From positions 1,385,216-1,449,215 of the forward strand of contig CAJINV010000011.1 of NCBI GenBank assembly GCA_905178155.1: a stretch of DNA of 64,000 bases, written 5' to 3'. Positions 55,801 to 64,000 of this stretch are shown here, piece after piece. Position 1 is the first letter of the stretch. Each line of letters opens with the position of its first letter. The position numbers and the translations under genes are program-made. This DNA comes from Amoebophrya sp. A120. Its lineage: Eukaryota > Protista > Dinoflagellata. The notes under the pieces are model-generated. The model searched no databases and was not told the DNA's origin. It saw only the letters and a list, made by a program, of their open reading frames with translations.

Positions 55801-58800
55801 AGATATTGTTCCGTCTGGATCGTGGCGTCCGGCGGGTTGATGAGGAAGCTGCAAGAACGTCGGCAAGTGCGAGTGAACGGAGGGGCAATATTAAACGCGG
55901 CCCCACATACGTGGGGAAACCAGTGGGGGACGTCCAGATTGGTCGCCTGCAATCACGGCAGACCTTGGCCAGGCTTGCGCTCGTACTCGCAACCATGCAG
56001 CGGGTCAATCCGCAGGCGGAGGCTCGGTATTTGCCAATCCTGGAAGACATTGCAAGGTGGGCTCCCTCGGACAACAAGTTCCCCCCAAAAGACCAAGCCG
56101 CAAACTGGACTCCGGACAATCTGACGCTTTTCGCTCGCGCCTTCGGGATAGCGGTAGCGCGTCCCCCTAGTCGGTTCACGCCGCTCCTGCTGCAGCTTGA
56201 GCGCGTTGCGCGCTACTCTGACTGGGCCGGGTTTGAGCCCAGGCACTTCTCCGAGCTCATAGCGGCGCTCCGGGCGCTGGCTCCTTCTGAATTCTATCCA
56301 TCGCAAAAATGTAATTATCGGCCGCAGTAGTATCTATAAATCGCATACGCATAGGCAATTTCAATTTGTTTTGCAGACGAACTAGAGTGAAACTTGTCAT
56401 GCAGATTCAAGCAAGAGAGCAGATCTACTATCATGCTGAATTGCGATCAGTGCGACGAGTTGTGCGTCGATATAATTTTGGCACTCGATACCCGTGGAGC
56501 GACCAAACGCGCCTTAGCAACAATCGCCGCGGCGGCTCGAGATAGAACCCAGACGGGACGACGCGGCCGGGCAGGTGGTGACTCTCGCGCCACGGGACAA
56601 GAACGGGAAAAACGCGCGGCCTACGCGACCGCGTCACCGCCCACCCCGCAGGAGGAAGACGTTGGTGCTGCTGGTGCCCTATCAAATGCAAATTATGTGT
56701 CTGGGTCTGGAAGAGCCCCAGCCCGCTTGTTTCTCATGCATCTTTCGGACCATCCAAGTGGTGTTTGATGCACGCAAAAGCATCAATACAGGTTTTGCGG
56801 ACCACGCCGGTTGATGCCTGTCCCGCATAAGAACCTGCCGACTTGCGTAGCAAAAAAATGGGCAGCTTCAGCTTCTGGCGCTCATGCAAAACAAATTTTT
56901 TGTGTGTTGTTCCAGAGTTATTTGCACCATCACAAGTTTTGCAAGTCTTCCAGATCCAGACCCAGATATATTTGCAATGCATATAATACCCGTAGGGTAT
57001 GTGGAACTCGTGAGCAGGAGCGGCGTCGCTGTCGAGCGCCGTCCCAGGAGCGGCGTCGCCTTTCTGTCGATTCGGCAGCGACACCGCCAGCTGGTGGTGT
57101 CGCGGTGTCCTCGTTTCCCCCGGGCCGGCCCTCTAGTTTTGCAGCCTCTACTAGTGCAGACGACCGCGGCGACCACTTCTGGTTCTGGGCGTTGATGGAA
57201 GATGGTGGCCTGTTGGACCGCACGATGGCAGCGCTGCGCGAGGAGGACTCGAGGAAGAACGAGTGCAGCGAGGAGGACGCCGACAAGGTTCTGCGTCAGA
57301 GTGTGCTGGTACAGGTGAGAAAGTCTGTGGCCCTTGTAACGGGACGCGTCGTTCCTGATCCTGGTTCCGAGACGTGGCCTGAAGCCGTGGTCGCGGCGAT
57401 GATCGGCTTAATATCCAGTGCAAAAAGGTCTCGGTCTGGCAGAAAATATACAAATCTGCATTGCGCATTTCGAACGAAGCCATAATCTCTGATGCGTGGT
57501 GAGACGTATGAGTCGCGCCGGCGCCAGTAGTCCGTCATACAAAAGCTGGATTTCTCATGCTAGTTGCGCACGCTGCACGACCCTTCATGTCATGCTAGAC
57601 TAGGAGGTACGGAAGTTCCTAATCGTGTCGCATGGAGCGATCAGCATTGCAAATTGCCAAACCCAGACTTGTTTGCATTTCATACGGGCCCAAGCTGAGT
57701 CTGAGCGCGTTCGCGTTTGCAGTCGCGGTACTTACCAAAGTCTGGCCCTGGATCAAGCCGAAGGGTGTGCCCTTTCTCGATGAGCTCGCGAAGCAAGGGC
57801 TCGCGCAGCTGGCGACGGATCGCGATCCCAAGCGGAGCAGTCCCTGGCTCCCCCGTGACCTGGTGTTGTTTGCGCGCGCATTTTGTCGGGCTGCGCACAA
57901 AGACTGCTATGCCATCTTGGAAAGCGTTTTTGCGGTGGCGCAGGCACGGCATTGGCTAGGCTTCGAGGCGAAACACAATAGCTACTTTTACGAGACCTTT
58001 CGAAGTTTTGCTCCCGATCATGGGTTGCGGTTGCAGATCCCCGACATCGAGGCGCGCGGATGGAAGACCAAGAAGAGCAACAGTGGAAAGGGAAACTGGT
58101 GCGATATTACAGCGGCTGAGCAGCAAATAGAAAAAGACGAAAAAGTTGGAAAACATTGCGAGTACCCAGTTAGCGCACCCCCGACGGACGAGGAGCCGGA
58201 AAAGGGCCAGGAAGGAAGTAACAAAAGTTGCAGGAGCAGGCGCGATGACGATGAGCCCGAACCGGAAAGCGAGGCGACTTCCGTACTGGTATCCTGTGCT
58301 AAAACGAGCTCACGACCACACTCGGGCAATTCCTCTGATGTAGAAGCAGAGGAGCCTGTCTCTGTTGTGTCTTCAGGAACCGGAGGTGGCAGCGCAGCTC
58401 CGCCTTCCGAGGAAAATCGTGTCGACCCGTTGCAGCAAGAAGCCACGGCTATCAAACAGTATATATGTTTGCGTCTGGAAAGAACTTGTCATGCTGAACT
58501 GTGCTTATAAAATCTAATCATTCAGACACGAGCATGACTTTTCTGGAGAAGTGCGCCTCGGCTTGCCGAGTCTGGTTTTTATGTTGGACGTTGTCTACAA
58601 CACATGCGTAGCGCGCATCACAAATTGCGCTCTTGTTGCATAAGAAAGAGCAACGTCCTGCCGGCTTAATATGATCTGTCTGTCATGCAAGATGGAGGAC
58701 TCACACGTAGCGTTGCTCTACAGGAGTTGTAAATGCGTGACACGCAACAAGCTCCACCTGTTTGTCTTTTTTTGCAGGCCCAGACATATTTGAATTTGAT

Positions 58801-59137
58801 AGCCACCTCTTCGCGTCAATTCGGGCAGCAATTGCCGGACCCCATTTTATTTCTTCGGGAAGAAGACCTGCACCCGACTCCACAAGTGGCAGTGCGCCGA
58901 GCCGTCACAGCACTGGCGCGAAAGGGGGCCGCCCAAGAAGCTGCGGAGGAGCAAACGTGGGGACCCGTCACGGAAGTAAGCACTCGGGGCGAACAGTATT
59001 TGAGGAGGCTTGATGATGGACGACAGAACGAAGCCTCTGCAGCAGCTTCCCTGCGCGATTTGCCGCAGACCTGGGTCGACGCAATGCTGGGTACAACCCG
59101 CGAACGTAATCGGCCAGCACTAACGAGATTTCAGTGA
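52848..59137 (+). CDS. Large protein with two helical-repeat (OPR/HPR/FASTK-like) modules; 8 exons split by 7 TIR elements
   Basis: ORFs 52848/53819/54235/55668/56394/56811/57632/58733 join in frame. Duplicated module WTPDNLTLFARAF...WAGFEPRHFSEL / WLPRDLVLFARAF...WLGFEAKHNSYF. The family call is tentative. Confidence 0.65.
53446..53709. mobile_element. Introner (family B)
   Basis: tatgccttgcaaatat...atatttgcaatgcata; DR gcagc; 269-nt removal is in frame. Confidence 0.88.
54101..54268. mobile_element. Introner (family A)
   Basis: tatgcattgcaaaag...cttttgcaatgcata; DR ctcct/cacct; 173-nt removal is in frame. Confidence 0.9.
54695..55532. mobile_element. 838-bp TIR element inside a CDS, flanked by a 49-bp duplication
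   Basis: tatgtcttcaacggtcgttagcgt..agaagt..tttgcagtgaattt / aaattcactacaaat..acttctcacgctaacggatgttaaagctcta. Flanks 54646-54694 and 55533-55581 match at 47/49. Confidence 0.88.
56295..56490. mobile_element. Introner (family A-like, degenerate)
   Basis: tatccatcgcaaaaat / aattttggcactcgata; internal cttgtcatgc; no DR; 201-nt removal is in frame. Confidence 0.6.
56680..56983. mobile_element. Introner (family B)
   Basis: tatcaaatgcaaattatgtgtctgggtctggaag / ccagacccagatatatttgcaatgcata; tgccc/taccc DR offset by 3 nt; in frame. Confidence 0.85.
57412..57684. mobile_element. Introner (family B, degenerate)
   Basis: tatccagtgcaaaaaggtctcggtctggca / tgccaaacccagacttgtttgcatttcata; DR decayed; 278-nt removal is in frame. 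Confidence 0.78.
58450..58801. mobile_element. Introner (family B, degenerate)
   Basis: tatcaaacagtatatatgtttgcgtctggaaa / tttgcaggcccagacatatttgaatttgata; gccac on both flanks; in frame. Confidence 0.8.
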
Positions 59138-59859
59138 AAGAGCGAAGCTCTACTGCTTACCCGTCGACTTCTAGATGAAACTACTACTACACGCCGCCGA
59201 GATAAAGACTAGACAGACTTGTTCGCAGCTCAGCACCTCCTGGGATCAGAAAACAACAGCGCCGCCATTGCGCAACGGGCAGGGCACGTGAAGTAGTGCT
59301 GGCTTTTTTGCATTTTGCTGTGCTCATTTCTACTTCAAATTATATCTACTCAGTGCCAGTTGTATCTACTTACACAGGTTGCACGTAGTAGCTTCGGCGG
59401 ACCGTAATTACACATAGACATTTATCGGCCTGTCGTACTTGTTATTGCGCTGCATAGCCGTGCAGATTTTCTTGAAATTCGATTTCGATGGTGGAGTTCT
59501 AGCGTGCCTAAAAAAGAAGCACTGGAACTGGCAATCTTTATTAGCGATTGACTATCCGGCACATGGAATAATGAATCATCTATCTTGCCAATGGAGGATG
59601 ATGAAGCAGCTAGCTGGCCTCTAGAAAAGAGCTCAAGCCGCTGCAGAACGTCGCACAGTGAAGCGATTTTTCCTCTTGGTTGTCTATTTATTACTACTTT
59701 TTTTTAAACATTATGATTATCTCGTCCAAGCTTCATACGATTCTGATTCAAAGAGCCCTGCCCTTGGCGTAGGGATAGGGTCTCGTCCGCAGGTCAGCTT
59801 TGTCGTGATGAAGAAACAAATGATCTTGGTGGCCCTAACTTTTTCTATTTGCTTTAGCC

Positions 59860-61059
59860 CGGATTTCGGTTACATGTCCGTGGTTACTGCTCTCGTCAAC
59901 GCTCCTGATGCAAGGCAGCTGCTATAGCTGCTTTGTTTTTGTTAATACTACTAGGTCCCTACAAGAAGAAGAACGAAAATTGACACAACGAGAACTCTAC
60001 TATTGACGGGCACTAACTTTTATCGTGGTCTATGAAATTAATTGTAGTGCCACCCACGCTCTGCCAAAGTGTGTGGCACTCTCTTGTAAGATTTTTAGAC
60101 AGTAGTAGAAGATGTAGTAGTCCGCATTCAAGAGAGCCTTGCCTTTGGCGTAGGGATAAGGTCTCTCCGTGGGAAAAAGAATCTTCCTGCGTAACTGTTT
60201 TTACTTCCAGTGGCTGCCATTTACGGGAATGAGAAAGTGAAGCTAAAAGCAGGAGCCGTAGATACACAAGTTGTAGCGCTGTTTGTAACGAAGAACGACC
60301 ACGATAGAAGATGTTGTAATTTCAGAGCCTCTATCATCATGCTGCGCAACGTTGGAAAGACGCTGCCTACAGGAGCTGCATTGGTGAGCAGCAAACTGTA
60401 GCACTGGTCGTCGGAGTAGGCTTTAGTACTATATATTTCTTCTTGAACAAGATACAACGCGTTGTTATAAACACGCTGTCTACTTCAGTTCTAGTTTCTA
60501 ACATGCACAGATGAAACTAGTTCTGCGTCAGCAGCACGATGGGGAGGCCTTTTCGGATCCACATGCTGACGACCTCGAACTCGATTCATCATATCGCTTT
60601 CATCCTGCTGCTGTTTTTACGGATACAGTCTTCATCTCTACTAGATATAATGCGGAGCTTATTCTCCGTATTCACTTCACCGTCCTGCTTGTGGATGTTG
60701 GTAGGTCATCTGGTGTATTGTTTAGTAACCGGAAAGCCGGTCATGAAGGAATCGAAACGATCTGAGTGGTTTCGTAACTTTTTCTATTTGCTGTACCACG
60801 GATTTTGGTCATTACATGTCCGCGGTTACTGCTCTCGCGCTGGTTAACGCTCCTGACGCAAGGCAGCTATTGTAGCTGTTTTGCTTTTGTTAGTTCCCTA
60901 CAACGAAGATTGATTGAGACAAAAAGAACTCTATCGAGGAAGGGCACTATTTTTATTTGATAGTGTCTATGAAGAAATGAATTGTTGTAATGCCACCCAC
61001 GCTCTGTGCACTCTCGTGTAAGATTTTTAGACAGTAGTGGAAGACGTAGTAGTCCGCAT
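59860..61059 (+). repeat. Diverged ~260-bp non-coding duplication (59860-60128 vs 60799-61059)
   Basis: Shared blocks ttacatgtccg(t/c)ggttactgctctcg, aacgctcctga(t/c)gcaaggcagct, tgccacccacgctctg and tgtaagatttttagacagtagt. Confidence 0.85.
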
Positions 61060-63175
61060 GAAGTAGATTCTCATCCTTCGATGTAAAAGTGCTGATGCGC
61101 GTTCTGTTTTTACATCGTCGGAGATTATACGAAGGCGCACTACATCATCCTGACAAGATAGACATGAAAAACACACAGACGCTTCACTGTTGAAAGAGAC
61201 GAGACGCGAAGCCTGAGCGGAATGCGAAGGAATAGCGGGGACAGTGCTGCAAGTACCACTTACACTTAGAACATTAAACAGTGACGATGGAGGAAGCTTT
61301 TGTTCTGGTACTCGAAGTCAAGAACTATTTTTCAAGCCACCTCCGAGTCAATAGCCTTCAACTTTATCATCATCTTGTCAATACATTTTTATCGCATAAA
61401 GAAGCAACAAACTACACTTGAAAAATGGTACTATGGTACTCCTACAAAGACAGCCACGAAGATGAGCACCACGATCTGTCTTCTTCGCAGAAAAAAAAAA
61501 GTTTACTTGTCTTCATCTTTTAACTGCTGGTGCTGCAGGAGCAAAAGCACCTGGGCAAGCCGAATTCGAATTCCCGCTATTAATGTGAGGCTTTCGTCGA
61601 TGATGTGTTCTTACCCCGAATGAAAATAGACGCGACACACATGATTTCAGTCTTAGTCAGTGTAATTCTAATTTAAAAATACCCAGATAAACACCCAGGT
61701 GGCTGATCAAGATCATCAGCTCAGATAGGCCAGTCGTGGCTGCCCAGATCATTATAATCGACAAGTAACGGTTTCGAGGAAGGAGGCGATGAAGATCATT
61801 CACCATCAGGGGGAGAAAGATCACAAAGCAGATCGTAAAAAATGCCAAGATAGCTCCAGACTATTGCGACGAGCTGGTCTTGAGTAGTAGTAAAGTAGAA
61901 AAAGTAGAATCACTTGTTTTGCGGCTGCACTTTTCATTTGAGAATGCGGACGAAAGGAAACGACAAAGGTGAACCAACATGTCAAGAAGGACGATTTATT
62001 CCAGCAAGGACCTCACTCGTCTCGTTTCTTCATCTTCGCCATATTTGCGTATTTCTTCGTGTCCGTCGTGGTACTATCGGTATGAGAACAAACCTTCTAC
62101 CTGCCACCTGCTCCACAACCGAAAGAGCCGCGGCCTGGCGTTCCTAGATGTTCTAGCTGTCTCGTCGTCCACGACGTGCTTGCTCTCCACCCTACAGAAG
62201 CCGGCGCACGCGGTACAGAACCGGCAGAGCAGCAGGAGAAGCAGCAGTAGTAACTAAAAGAAGGATACTTTTTTAGAGGCAAGCGCACTAAATTGGCGAG
62301 AAGATTTTCTTTTGGCTTTTCGCAGTTCAAGCCTGCGAAAGATTGGCGCTCCGCAGTCGAAGACACAGGCACCAAAGTTGTACGATGAAGATCAAGATGC
62401 CAGAGTCAAGACCCCGTCTCGCCCATAGTTGTGCTTGCAGCACCGGTAGGAGATGAAGAAGATGGATTTTCGTTTTTGGGTCGCAGTTCAAGATGAGAAG
62501 ATGAGACGATGAAGAAGTTCCAGTCAGGGGGCGTGTAGTCGTCTGTGCGACTTTGCTGGTGACTGCAACTTCTTCCTCCGATGGTGTTCCCTTCCCGATT
62601 CAATATTTTTCCGATGTAGTGCCCTTCGCGGATTCGCTTTGCAGTAGCAGTACTTGACCTATCGGGATTCAAGATTGATGATTAGCTTCACTATTTGAAA
62701 TTAGTGTTCGTAGTGACAGCTCCGGGCGGCCGCTGGGGGATTTCGGTGTGACTAGCTGCTGGCGACTAGTCTCCATTTATGTTCGGGGAAGAAGCACGAC
62801 TACAAGATGTTGCTGATGACTTCATATCGGGTTTCGAGATTTTAGGCACTAGTAGACTTTGGCGAAAAGCAGCCAAGCTAACGTAGAACACACGTGCAGA
62901 GGTGCGGAAACGCCGGGAGAACAAAAAGAAAAACCCCGGACAGCAGAAAGCACAACAGCAGTCAGGACGAACGAAACAAGGAACAGTACGCAGCGGAAGA
63001 GACCACCGACACGAACGCGAGACATCACGAAGCAAGAACATGGAGCAGTATGGGGGCGTAGAACGATTTCGATTTCGACAACAAGCTGCAGCACGGAGCA
63101 CTGACTACGATTTTTAGACGCAGGAACGAAAAGGGAAAATGGAATACAGTTATAGTAGCGCGAACAGCAGCAGCA

Positions 63176-63986
63176 GTGATGACAACAGGCGCTGCGGTCT
63201 TTCGGATGCAAGATTTTGGAACACAGCAATGGGGGCGCGGAACGACCTTGACTTCAGCTTTCAAATGCAGGGACCAGGAGACGCGGAAATTTGAACGCAG
63301 GACCAGCAGCAGCAGTGACGATAGAAAGACGCGCAGTTTTTTGGATGCAGGGTTTTCAGAATTCGCAGTGCAGCATGCGAGCAGCTTTTGTTTTCGGATA
63401 GACGGTGGAGAACTTCGTATGGCGTTAGGGGGCAGTGCCGCCTGCCGATGCTGGAGAGATTTGTTTTCGATCGACCTCAACCTGATTCCCGTTTTCCATC
63501 CGACACGCCGATGCTACCAACAGCCGGTCGATAAGCTTTTGCACAACTTCGCCATTCTTCCAGTGGGAATGAAATTGCTTCTGTACCACGACCGCCTTGG
63601 AAGAGTTGTTGATGACCCCGCGGGATTTCGAATCGAAGACAACATGACGACCACAGGCGATGCCAGTACTGTTTGCGGAGCAAGTATCCCTCGCGACGAC
63701 TTTGTGTACACTGATCGGCGTGAGCTTGCTTTTCAGGCTTGAAAACGAACCGACTCCGGATTCGAGATTTGTCATGCAGGTTTACGCGGGGGGCGAAGGA
63801 TTTGTCTCTGTTGTGAACCGACGAAAGATTACGCCCGCGACCACCGCACGCAGACTTTCCGATGCCGATCTCGATCAAGACGCCGATGCTGATTATTTTC
63901 TGACGCAAGATATCCGAGCAAGGACTCGCTTCTCGAGAACGCGACGGAGAGTTATCCTGTCGACGAGAGGAGATCGGAATTTGTGA
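63176..63986 (+). CDS. Hypothetical protein (probably two exons)
   Basis: ORFs 63176-63742 and 63660-63986 look coding, and a ttttcag acceptor lies near 63736; no motif recognised. Confidence 0.35.
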
Positions 63987-64000
63987 TGCTGGATTTCGAT

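Noticed and set aside
1-64000. rRNA, tRNA, snRNA or dinoflagellate spliced-leader (..TTTTGGCTCAAG) genes
   Set aside because: None recognised by eye; a covariance-model scan would be needed to exclude divergent ones.

Overview
Eukaryotic, intron-rich DNA. The low-complexity Ser/Thr/Ala-rich proteins, one-strand gene orientation and non-canonical introns point to a parasitic dinoflagellate of the Amoebophrya (Syndiniales) type; this is an inference. About 13 host genes lie on the + strand: a MATH-domain protein, a METTL21-like methyltransferase, an SLC35/TPT-type transporter, a permuted-papain-like protein, a large protein with a C-terminal F-type-lectin domain, a helical-repeat protein, four related Cys-rich secreted proteins, and hypotheticals. 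The dominant feature is about 30 introner-like inserts. They start and end with TA (mostly TAT...ATA), carry terminal inverted repeats (TIRs) and are flanked by 5-bp direct repeats (DRs). Removing element + 5 nt rejoins the flanking reading frames in about 25 cases, in either element orientation and even when the DR has decayed. A second signal: five unrelated inserts are each flanked by 46-65-bp duplications. One of these is an array at 28.4-30.8 kb, where a 61-bp unit separates heterologous pieces: a hairpin-ended element, an antisense copia integrase fragment, and a copy of a neighbouring gene's intron-exon junction. All coordinates and frames were worked out by eye, and no searches were run.
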